64,000 nucleotides of DNA from an uncultured Candidatus Poseidoniales archaeon (GTDB lineage Archaea; Thermoplasmatota; Poseidoniia; Poseidoniales; Poseidoniaceae): contig CACLCM010000001.1 of the NCBI GenBank assembly GCA_902605365.1, positions 82,595-146,594 on the forward strand, written 5' to 3'. Position numbers and translations under genes: made by a program. Below are positions 18,360 through 26,523 of the stretch, piece after piece. The first letter of the stretch is position 1, and each line of letters opens with the position of its first letter. Under the pieces are notes generated by a model, which was given only the letters and a program-made list of their open reading frames with translations, was not told the DNA's origin and made no database searches.

Positions 18360-19505
18360 ATGCCTAGAGCGGTTATCTGCGGTGTTGCACGAACTCCAAT
18401 CGGTAAATTCCGGGGCAGCCTCTCTAATTTGAGTGCAGTCCAGTTGGGTATTCGTGCGGTAAAAGAGTTGTTGAATCGATGTGATATCGATGCATCTAGC
18501 GGCATAATTGACGAGGTTCTTTTCGGTCAAGTCTTACAGGCAGGTGCGGGACAAGCGCCTGCTCGTCAGGTTGCTTTAGGAGCTGGACTTCCTAATTCTA
18601 CAGCGGCTACAACAATCAACAAAGTCTGCGGCTCTTCTCTCAAAGCGGCAATGATGGCTGCAAATAGTATCAAGGCTGGAGAATACAAGGCCATTGTAGC
18701 AGGTGGAATGGAGAGTATGACAAATGCTCCTAAGTTCGAGAAGCGAAATGGCGAAGAAAAAGAAATGGTTCCAACTATGGTTCATGACGGACTATGGGAT
18801 GTCTACAACGATGTTCACATGGGCAATACAGGAGAAATCGTTGCCAATGAATGTAATATTTCACGAGAAAAGATGGATGCTTTTGCCGCACGTTCCCAAA
18901 ACAAGGCAGCACAAGCAGAAGCTAACGGCTGGTTTGCTTGGGAAAGATTCGACATGCCTGAACTTTCAACCGATGAAGGAGTACGTGTAGGAACTACTGC
19001 AGAGAAACTTGCAGGTCTAAGGCCAGTATTCCAAGAAGATGGCATGGTTACTGCAGGAAACGCATCTACTCTCAATGACGGTGCTTCTGCAATTTTGGTT
19101 GCTGATGAAGATTTTGCTAAGGAAAATGGCTGGGAAATAATTGCAATTATTGAGGACTACTGCACCGCAGGTGTAGAACCTCACCGTGTAATGTATGCGC
19201 CAGTTCCAGCGATCAAGATGTTACTAGAAAGGGCTAACCTGGGCGTTATGGATATTGATGTTTACGAACACAATGAAGCCTTTGCAAGCGCATCATGTGC
19301 AGTTGCTCAAGATGTAGGAATTCCAGATGATAGATTCAATCTTCATGGCGGGGCAGTCGCTCTAGGCCATCCTCTCGGAAGCAGCGGAACTCGCTGTCTA
19401 ATTACAATGATTGGAGTAATGCGCAGACTTGAGGCTAAGAGTGGAATCGTGTCTCTTTGCTTAGGTGGCGGGAATGCCGTAGCAATGCGAATTTCCTGTG
19501 AATAA
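18360..19505 (+). CDS. Acetyl-CoA C-acetyltransferase (thiolase)
   Basis: NKVCGSSLKA (active-site Cys), NEAFA, GGAVALGHPLGSSG and CLGGGNAVAM are present. Confidence 0.9.
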   Translation: MPRAVICGVARTPIGKFRGSLSNLSAVQLGIRAVKELLNRCDIDASSGIIDEVLFGQVLQAGAGQAPARQVALGAGLPNSTAATTINKVCGSSLKAAMMAANSIKAGEYKAIVAGGMESMTNAPKFEKRNGEEKEMVPTMVHDGLWDVYNDVHMGNTGEIVANECNISREKMDAFAARSQNKAAQAEANGWFAWERFDMPELSTDEGVRVGTTAEKLAGLRPVFQEDGMVTAGNASTLNDGASAILVADEDFAKENGWEIIAIIEDYCTAGVEPHRVMYAPVPAIKMLLERANLGVMDIDVYEHNEAFASASCAVAQDVGIPDDRFNLHGGAVALGHPLGSSGTRCLITMIGVMRRLEAKSGIVSLCLGGGNAVAMRISCE

Positions 19506-19558
19506 TTCCAAATTTCTCCTACGGTAAGGTATATTTGTGATTGTTTCGACGGAGGTTT

Positions 19559-20236
19559 ATGCAGTTAAGCGATGATGGACAATGGATGTGGAACGGCACG
19601 GATTGGATTCCAGCCGGACAACCAGCAGTAGTACAACCTGCAGCAGCGCCCGTAATGCCTCAACCAGATTTTACAGGAGCCACATTTGGCGCACCTGCGC
19701 CTGCATCTATTTCGATGCCTCATATGAACCAACCACAAGTCGTATACGTTCAAGAAGAGAAGTCTTCCAAGAAAATTATTCCATGGATTGGAGTTGCAGT
19801 AATATTGCTGTCTCTCATTATGCCATATGTTTCATTCTTTGGTATCGTAGAGGTTTCAGGATTGGAGATGCTCGGATTTATCGGCGAAGTTGCTGAAGCA
19901 GCTAGCGAGGATAGTGGAGATGGTGGAGATGTTGGAAGTGGCGATTCATCAGATGATGATTTCAGTCTTGGTTCAGAAGGTATAGCGCTTATTATTGCGG
20001 CTTTCGTGTTTGTCTTTAGCCCTCTAGTATTCCTTCTCACGAGTATAACTTCAGCAATATTATTGCTGATGAAAAAGTCTACCAAAATCGTCGGTATTAT
20101 TCATCTAAGTTATGTTGGAATATTCTTTGTTGCTGCAATATTATCTCCATCGCTTGGTGAACTTTCGATATTCTCCATAATAGGCTTTGGATTCTATTTA
20201 GGCGCCTTCTCAGGCGGGGCATTATTAGCAAAGTAG
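19559..20236 (+). CDS. Membrane protein, unknown function (N-terminal WxWNGxxW motif, Pro/Ala-rich linker, 4 TM)
   Basis: The ORF is open from TTG 19541 and the first ATG is 19559 (MQLSDDGQWMWNGTDWIPAG). Several hydrophobic helices occupy the C-terminal half. Confidence 0.6.
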   Translation: MQLSDDGQWMWNGTDWIPAGQPAVVQPAAAPVMPQPDFTGATFGAPAPASISMPHMNQPQVVYVQEEKSSKKIIPWIGVAVILLSLIMPYVSFFGIVEVSGLEMLGFIGEVAEAASEDSGDGGDVGSGDSSDDDFSLGSEGIALIIAAFVFVFSPLVFLLTSITSAILLLMKKSTKIVGIIHLSYVGIFFVAAILSPSLGELSIFSIIGFGFYLGAFSGGALLAK

Positions 20237-20238
20237 TT

Positions 20239-21117
20239 TCATTGCGAGACATCTTTCCAGTTTCCAGATTCTATTTCACGATACGAGTCTAGAGATTGCG
20301 CATAGTGATAGACATAGGCCCATTTTTCACCTTGTTCAGTATTCACCTTTTGGATTGATTTAGAGAACAAGGGGTCGCTTCCTCCGCTCCCTTCAATCAA
20401 GTCTAAAGTCTGAATTACATCAAGCATATCTTCTGCTTGGAACACCTCTCCATAGACTGTTCTCTCTCCTGCTACGAGTCCAGGATAATTTCCTAAATCG
20501 TACAACTCTCCTTGAACAGTACCTTTGCAAATAAATTCACAACCTTCCTCTAATACGTTATGACGCAACATTCCTTTCATCAGTGTCCCATAAACAAATA
20601 CAAGGTCAAATTTAGGTTTCGGGATTTCTCTGATAGCTCCATTCAACCAATTAGTAGGCATTCCTAATCGGTTCAATCCATTTCTAATCAGATTCTCGTA
20701 TTCTTCATTTGGTGGGTGGAACGATTTTTCTCTGGTATGGTGAATGTACGTGTAGGCTTCATGCGATTGCCCATCAGGCGTGAAAACGGTTACTCTTTCC
20801 CTTCTGTAATATTTAGGGTTTGGATGACCTTCTTTTTTGTCTAGGATATCTCTTGTGTATTCATCTATTTCGAATAGAGCGCCTGGGGTGGCCGCTCTGC
20901 CTGAACCAAGGAATCTAAGATTCGCAGCTCCTGCTCCTCTAGTTACTGAAAAGTAGTTGAAATCTAGAACAAAACCATCAATCCAAGCAGGTCCAATTTC
21001 TTTCATGCCATCGTGCTTGAATCCTCTTTGCCTACACCATCTAGTCCAATCTTCTTTGTCGAGGTTAGAGCCATAACCAAAGTATAGCATTGGTTTAGAA
21101 TTGTTTCTTTTTTGCAT
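20239..21117 (-). CDS. Tandem gamma-glutamylcyclotransferase-like (GGCT/AIG2) domains fused in one protein
   Basis: The first half starts YFGYGSNL. The second half starts VFVYGTLMKG and continues ...GELYDLGNYPGLV...VYGEVF. These are the signatures of the two GGCT-fold subfamilies. Confidence 0.7.
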   Translation of the reverse strand: MQKRNNSKPMLYFGYGSNLDKEDWTRWCRQRGFKHDGMKEIGPAWIDGFVLDFNYFSVTRGAGAANLRFLGSGRAATPGALFEIDEYTRDILDKKEGHPNPKYYRRERVTVFTPDGQSHEAYTYIHHTREKSFHPPNEEYENLIRNGLNRLGMPTNWLNGAIREIPKPKFDLVFVYGTLMKGMLRHNVLEEGCEFICKGTVQGELYDLGNYPGLVAGERTVYGEVFQAEDMLDVIQTLDLIEGSGGSDPLFSKSIQKVNTEQGEKWAYVYHYAQSLDSYREIESGNWKDVSQ

Positions 21118-21161
21118 ATGGCAGAGTTATATTGGGGACTATTAAACCCTTAGATTTACAA

Positions 21162-22133
21162 TCATTTTTTCTTTCGCATTACTACGAATAAAATTAGAAG
21201 AAGGAGTATACCTCCTCCGCCTCCTCCATAGATCAGCAATTGATTATCAGATGTGCCTGAAATAATTTTGTCCGATTCACTCGCTTCTGCAAATACGGTA
21301 ATCGTAGTAGTTACTGTCTCAGTAAGGCAGTTACCTTCATTTTTACAACTGAAGTCACTTGTTGCAATGAAATCTAATTCGAATGTCATTTCATGCTGGC
21401 CTTCAGAATTAATTGGCCAATCTTCGTAACCAGTTGGAGTTCTCATTATTACACGAACTGTCATTGGTGCTACCATCGATTGTATTTCCACCTTAACCAT
21501 GGGTAAAGAGATGGAAAATCCAGCATTTTCCAAAACACGTAGAGAGTCATATTCCACTGCCAATAGAAACCTATCCATGCCATTTCCGAGGTTGTAAACC
21601 CTAAACTGTAGATTGTAATCTACTTTTGTTTGTAAAGTTATTAACGATTCAACAGCTTCCACTTGCAATCCTGAATATTGCATAATATTAACTATCATAT
21701 TAGCTTCAGATTCGGCAGTATTTGGAGGAGGAACTCCCATGGCTTCAGTAACAGTCGCTTTGACATTTAGGGTTCTGGTAGACATAGGCATACCTTGGTT
21801 GGCTTTAACTGTCACAACAAACTCTTCTTCTCCATTAGGCCCAAGTGTAATTGAACCAGGATGAGATACTGCTAATCCATCAGCTTGAACTTGGATTTCG
21901 ATTGTTTCTTGATATGAATTAGGGTTGCTAACAATACAATTTGCATGGCCTGTTAATGTAGCCCCTGGATATACTTGAATTGCTACGGCTCCATCACAGG
22001 TTATACTTACATCCGGGGCGCCAACTTGTGCTTCAACAGTAGGTACAGGCATTGCAGAGAGAAGGAAGATTAGAATTAGCACAGTCGCCTTCAGTCTCAT
22101 GCCTTCATGCGCTATTTGGTTGGTATTCAACAT
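21162..22133 (-). CDS. Secreted beta-rich protein with C-terminal Gly6-TM-RKKK sorting-signal-like end
   Basis: Signal-like LKATVLILIFLLSAMPVPTVEA at the N-terminus. The protein ends IYGGGGGGILLLLILFVVMRKKK*. Confidence 0.65.
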   Translation of the reverse strand: MLNTNQIAHEGMRLKATVLILIFLLSAMPVPTVEAQVGAPDVSITCDGAVAIQVYPGATLTGHANCIVSNPNSYQETIEIQVQADGLAVSHPGSITLGPNGEEEFVVTVKANQGMPMSTRTLNVKATVTEAMGVPPPNTAESEANMIVNIMQYSGLQVEAVESLITLQTKVDYNLQFRVYNLGNGMDRFLLAVEYDSLRVLENAGFSISLPMVKVEIQSMVAPMTVRVIMRTPTGYEDWPINSEGQHEMTFELDFIATSDFSCKNEGNCLTETVTTTITVFAEASESDKIISGTSDNQLLIYGGGGGGILLLLILFVVMRKKK

Positions 22134-22151
22134 TTCCCGGTTTTTTGGAAA

Positions 22152-22766
22152 TCATTTCTTCGATAAATGTAATCTCACTACGTGCGCTTGGCCTCTGTGT
22201 AAGTCGGATTCTTCTAATTCTACAGTTTCGACTTTAGCATGAATTATTGTGAAACCTTCACCAATTACTTCCATCACTTCATCGAGGTCCCAGAGTAAAT
22301 CAAGGCTCTTGGGACCACCACTTGTCATTTCTATTTGGCTGGTGTGGTATCCTTCACAAATGAATTCTCCACCCGGTTTTAGCGAAGAAAGCATACGCGG
22401 ATAATGTTCACAAAACATTGACCAAGGGACGTGAAACCAAGAACATGCGATCAAATCATATTCCTGTTTTGAAAAATCACGGATTGCCAAATCATCCACT
22501 TCATAGTGAACTTCAACACCTCTTTCTTTAGCCAATAAAGCACACTTCTCCTTTCCAACATCAGATAGGTCGAATACGGTGGTGTCGTATCCTTGAGATG
22601 CAATCCAAACCGCGTTTCTTCCTTCTCCATCTGCAGGAACAAGCGCCTTTCCTGAACCGGGTTTAATCCTCATCTCAAGCCAAGCGTTGGGCTCTTTTCC
22701 ATACGCCCAACCACTTCCTGAAAATCTAGCATTCCATGCTTCTGCACCGAACCTTACATTACTCAT
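22152..22766 (-). CDS. Class I SAM-dependent methyltransferase
   Basis: ALVPADGEGRNAVWIASQGYDTTVFDLS fits the motif I / post-I pattern. ATG 22766 overlaps the upstream NFACT gene stop by 8 nt. The ORF is open from TTG 22775. Confidence 0.7.
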   Translation of the reverse strand: MSNVRFGAEAWNARFSGSGWAYGKEPNAWLEMRIKPGSGKALVPADGEGRNAVWIASQGYDTTVFDLSDVGKEKCALLAKERGVEVHYEVDDLAIRDFSKQEYDLIACSWFHVPWSMFCEHYPRMLSSLKPGGEFICEGYHTSQIEMTSGGPKSLDLLWDLDEVMEVIGEGFTIIHAKVETVELEESDLHRGQAHVVRLHLSKK

Positions 22767-24831
22767 CCTTCTCAACCTTCTTGAATTTGATAAGCCCTAC
22801 ATCTTCGATAATTTCACAATTTCCTGGCAGTATGGGTAGGATGTCATCTACAGACAAGCCAGTCGATTTATAGATTCGATTCGCCACATTTTCCTTCTTC
22901 TCACGGCCGGGGGCGATCACGATATATCTGTTACAAATATCTGCAATGTGCTCAGGTGTTGAGGCCATTAGCATCGGAATTCCATTTATTGCAATTAGGC
23001 CGATTCCAAGTTTCAAATCGATGTCCTTGTACCAAGTTCTTTTCCCACGAATTATGAATGCGCCCTTACCGACATACTCTCCAGTTTCTGCAGATTTCGA
23101 AACTTGCCCTGGTTTGACCCAGAACACAGTTCCATGAGCTCCGCCTCCATTCCATGCTCTGCTCCAAGCAAGAGCCATTGTGGCTGCAATCTCTGTTGTT
23201 TCATCATCCAAATCGGCTTCTACTTTGTCGACTAAGCGGAAAGCCGGAATGTCTTCTCCAATGTGTGCAGGTGGCTGAGCATCAACGATGAATCCCTGAT
23301 TGTTTCGTAGTGAGCATGAAGGCGCTCCGTGTAAGTCTGCGTGGAGGTAACGGTCTCCCAGCGACAAATGCCTTTTGACAACCGAATCATTGCCTTTAGC
23401 ATCACGCCCACCAACCATCAAATGACCACTTGGAAGCATTGACCATTTGTGGTTTTCAAACCAAAGGCGTTTCGACCTTTTCACCCTTGCAATCTGTCCG
23501 CTAGCCTCTCTTTTAGCATGCTTCTTTTGAGCTCTTGCAAGTTCTAATTTCGTGTCCTTTAATGCTTGAATTGCCCCAGCAGACTTGTCTTTTTGCTTAC
23601 GGCCTGATTGGAAAAATCGTTGTGCGTTCTGATGGACAGTTTCATCGAGGTTTAGAGACACCTGTTTGCCAGGATTCCCTTCCTCATCAGGCAAGAATGC
23701 GATGAAACTCCTCTCCGCTGCATTAACTGAACTAATCCATTCAATTTCCTTTACCGCTTTCTTTACCCCATCCCAACCCAAAGTGTCTACAGCCTCTTTT
23801 ATTTGTGCTAATAATTGTTCAACATGAGTCCAGTTTTCTTGAATCATATGGCCTATTGCCTGTTGTTTCTCGACCTTATCTCCAAAACCTTCTAGCGATT
23901 TTTCCTGTTGTGCAAGACGCCTTTCTAGACGCTCTACATCTGTTGAATATCCTCTTCCAGGCGATGCAACATCTAGCGCTTCAGCCTCTCTCCTCGATAA
24001 TGCATGGGCGTCATGTAATCCCATCCACTCATCAACAGCCTCACACATAGTCGGGAAATCTTTCCTCTCTCTATCTTCTAGAGTTGAGAGAACTAATGGC
24101 CATGCTTGGTCCACTCCGCCTTCTTTTAGGAATAGATGACCTTTCCATTCACTTTGCAATAAGTTCTGTAATGAATCCCATACTTTCTGTAAATCAGTTT
24201 CTTTTATCTCTGCATTAGCATCATGTTTTGCATCCGCACAAACAGCAGTCGCCAATGCTCCACCAAGATTCAATCCTCCTCCTAGAGTTTTACCAAGTGT
24301 TCTTTCACTAGCATTCATCAATTCAGAAAATGAGTCAAAATCTAGGTCAAAAGGATTGGTTGCTGCAGGGGGTAAGGTGTATGCAACACCCTTCTTGAGA
24401 ACTCTATCTGCATATGATTTGTGAGTAAGAGGTTGGATGATTATGTCATCCTCATCGGTCAAAATGATATTACCGTCTCTGAATACTTCAACATAGAGAT
24501 GAAGCATTCCGTGCCCCTTTTCGAAAACAAAGCGCAAAACACGGTCAAATCCGATTTGCTCGATTACTTTGAGTCTGGCATTGGAAAGGGATTTTCTCAA
24601 TACCATTGCAAATGGTGCTGGTATTTGCGGCATTGGGCGGTCTCTTTTACTGGTGTAAATTCGCTTTCCACGAACCATTACCAGATCGGTATTTCCGCCT
24701 TCTTTGGACCTTAATCGTAGTACTACTTGCTCGTAGTGTGGCTGGTAGCACTTTCTGCAATGAGCACCGACCATTACTTGCAACTCGCTAACAACAGCGC
24801 GCAAGTCAAGTCCGCTCATCACATCCTTCAT
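22759..24831 (-). CDS. NFACT-family protein (RqcH/Rqc2/FbpA homologue; NFACT-N plus DUF814/NFACT-R)
   Basis: N-terminus MSGLDLRAVVSELQ...; coiled-coil middle; DRYLHADLHGAPSCSLRN (DUF814 motif). ATG 24831 forms an ATGA overlap with the upstream stop. Confidence 0.8.
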   Translation of the reverse strand: MKDVMSGLDLRAVVSELQVMVGAHCRKCYQPHYEQVVLRLRSKEGGNTDLVMVRGKRIYTSKRDRPMPQIPAPFAMVLRKSLSNARLKVIEQIGFDRVLRFVFEKGHGMLHLYVEVFRDGNIILTDEDDIIIQPLTHKSYADRVLKKGVAYTLPPAATNPFDLDFDSFSELMNASERTLGKTLGGGLNLGGALATAVCADAKHDANAEIKETDLQKVWDSLQNLLQSEWKGHLFLKEGGVDQAWPLVLSTLEDRERKDFPTMCEAVDEWMGLHDAHALSRREAEALDVASPGRGYSTDVERLERRLAQQEKSLEGFGDKVEKQQAIGHMIQENWTHVEQLLAQIKEAVDTLGWDGVKKAVKEIEWISSVNAAERSFIAFLPDEEGNPGKQVSLNLDETVHQNAQRFFQSGRKQKDKSAGAIQALKDTKLELARAQKKHAKREASGQIARVKRSKRLWFENHKWSMLPSGHLMVGGRDAKGNDSVVKRHLSLGDRYLHADLHGAPSCSLRNNQGFIVDAQPPAHIGEDIPAFRLVDKVEADLDDETTEIAATMALAWSRAWNGGGAHGTVFWVKPGQVSKSAETGEYVGKGAFIIRGKRTWYKDIDLKLGIGLIAINGIPMLMASTPEHIADICNRYIVIAPGREKKENVANRIYKSTGLSVDDILPILPGNCEIIEDVGLIKFKKVEKDE

Positions 24832-26333
24832 GGCCGCACCCATCCACCGTCAGTGCTTCTTACATTTCCACCCTTCTCATGGGATAGCAAGTGAGACAGT
24901 GTCTGGTCAACAGATAGTCCTGGGTGTGCATTAGGAGTATCAGAATAAGCGACTTTGGCAATTTCTTCTAGGACTGAATGACCTGCTTCAACAGCAGCTA
25001 ATACCTTGTCGTGTCTAATTGAGCGATGTCGAATATAATGTTCTAGAGTACGGTATGGAAGTGGTATAACTGGTCCATGAGAAGGGAACATTAGGTGGGG
25101 GTCCAAGTCCAGCAAACGCTCTAACTGCTCAATGTAAGTCACCATCTCGCCTTGATGTGGGGGGACTAGAATAGTTCCTATTCCGGCAACCATGTCTCCT
25201 GCAATCAATCCTGAATCAGAAATCAGGCAGAGATGTTCTGGATGGTGACCAGGTGTGTGAAGAACAGTCCATTCTTGGTTTCCTAATTTGAGAACTTCAC
25301 CATCTTTCAGTATTCTATCAGCAGTAGGTGCTGCTGACCAAATCGGTACGTCAAAAGCCTCTTTCAATAGCCCAGAATCTGCGATATGGTCTCCATGGCT
25401 ATGAGTATAGAATACGGCAACTAATTCGCCCTTGTGCCTCTCGACAGCCTCTGCAACATCTTCCATTCCTTCTCGATGTCTAAATGCGGGGTCTACTACA
25501 ATGAAATCCCCTTCTGGGTCTCCAACCAAGTAGCAATTCGTATGGTCAGCAGGAGGGAGAGTTGCAGTCTTTACAGGTACGACCTCAACTCCTTGAGCGA
25601 AAAGAATTGAGCGGCGACCTGGTTTACGTGCTTCTAAGTCAATAGCGACCCTTGTCATGTCCTGGTCCATCATCGAAAGGCATCTTTCTACTTCCATTAG
25701 AAGAGTTACAACCGGTGGTGCTACCTTGATTGCATTATTCTGCCATGCTCCGATTATGTCACGAGGACGCATCCATCTCGCATCTTCAAATTCAGTTTGA
25801 CCAACCAGTGAAAACTCATCATGTTCCTTGGAATGGATATGTAGGAATGTATTCTCAAACCTCATCGGCCCAAATGGCGGAGTAGTCCTCATCGATATGA
25901 TTCGCATACCGGTGGTATCAGATGGAATGTCACCGTCTAGTGCAAGAGGGAACCAATTCGCCTTGTCATCGACTACCATTCTTCTGAAATCTTCCTCTAC
26001 AGATACCAATTTACCGCCTTGAGGAGCCAGTCCTAATTCCTCGACAAGTTCTCGCAAAATCGCACAGTGTTGAACAGAAATTCCGATAACTTCACTCGCA
26101 GCTTTGTCAACACGTGAGACTCCACCACCTGGAAATGCCCAGTATCCGGGGAATGAGGGCATTGTTTCACAGCGCTGTCCAAGAAGGACTTCAACGCCAT
26201 CATCGCCATCTCGTGTTATCATTAGAGTCGCAGATGGACGGGGAGGTTTTCTCTCAAAATCTGGCAGTGACACACCGGACGGGACCTCGCTCATATTGCG
26301 GGCCAACACACAAATGGTTTCAAGACATAACAT
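24828..26333 (-). CDS. NUDIX hydrolase fused to MBL-fold metallo-hydrolase
   Basis: NUDIX box GYWAFPGGGVSRVD...ILRELVEELGL is present, as is the metallo-beta-lactamase motif YTHSHGDHIADSG. Alternative start at 26294 (MSEVPSG). Confidence 0.8.
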   Translation of the reverse strand: MLCLETICVLARNMSEVPSGVSLPDFERKPPRPSATLMITRDGDDGVEVLLGQRCETMPSFPGYWAFPGGGVSRVDKAASEVIGISVQHCAILRELVEELGLAPQGGKLVSVEEDFRRMVVDDKANWFPLALDGDIPSDTTGMRIISMRTTPPFGPMRFENTFLHIHSKEHDEFSLVGQTEFEDARWMRPRDIIGAWQNNAIKVAPPVVTLLMEVERCLSMMDQDMTRVAIDLEARKPGRRSILFAQGVEVVPVKTATLPPADHTNCYLVGDPEGDFIVVDPAFRHREGMEDVAEAVERHKGELVAVFYTHSHGDHIADSGLLKEAFDVPIWSAAPTADRILKDGEVLKLGNQEWTVLHTPGHHPEHLCLISDSGLIAGDMVAGIGTILVPPHQGEMVTYIEQLERLLDLDPHLMFPSHGPVIPLPYRTLEHYIRHRSIRHDKVLAAVEAGHSVLEEIAKVAYSDTPNAHPGLSVDQTLSHLLSHEKGGNVRSTDGGWVRP

Positions 26334-26347
26334 GGTCTGGCACCTCC

Positions 26348-26518
26348 ATGGTCACAATTGAGGAGGATCTCGAGATGTTGGCCACAGCTATTGACATGGG
26401 AATAGATCCGTTCCCTCCTCCAAGAAAAAAGAGACCTTGGGCAAAGTATGCTATCGCTTCTTTCATGTCGATTATGATGATCAGTTGGGTCTCCAAATTC
26501 CTAATGCGGTTCGCGTGA
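26348..26518 (+). CDS. Possible small membrane protein (56 aa)
   Basis: This is the only ORF in the 190-nt gap between two minus-strand genes. It reads MVTIEEDLEMLATAIDMGIDPFPPPRKKRPWAKYAIASFMSIMMISWVSKFLMRFA, with one C-terminal helix. There is no supporting homology. Confidence 0.25.
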   Translation: MVTIEEDLEMLATAIDMGIDPFPPPRKKRPWAKYAIASFMSIMMISWVSKFLMRFA

Positions 26519-26523
26519 AGAAA

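Noticed and set aside
18257-18530. Two small minus-strand ORFs (82 and 63 aa) across the rph/thiolase spacer
   Set aside because: They overlap the 5' end of the confidently identified thiolase gene in antisense and have no recognisable features.
26114-26347. The upstream 78 codons of the 134-aa plus-strand ORF 26114-26518
   Set aside because: This part is antisense to the N-terminal NUDIX region of the 24828-26333 gene. Only the non-overlapping distal part is retained, as a low-confidence small ORF.
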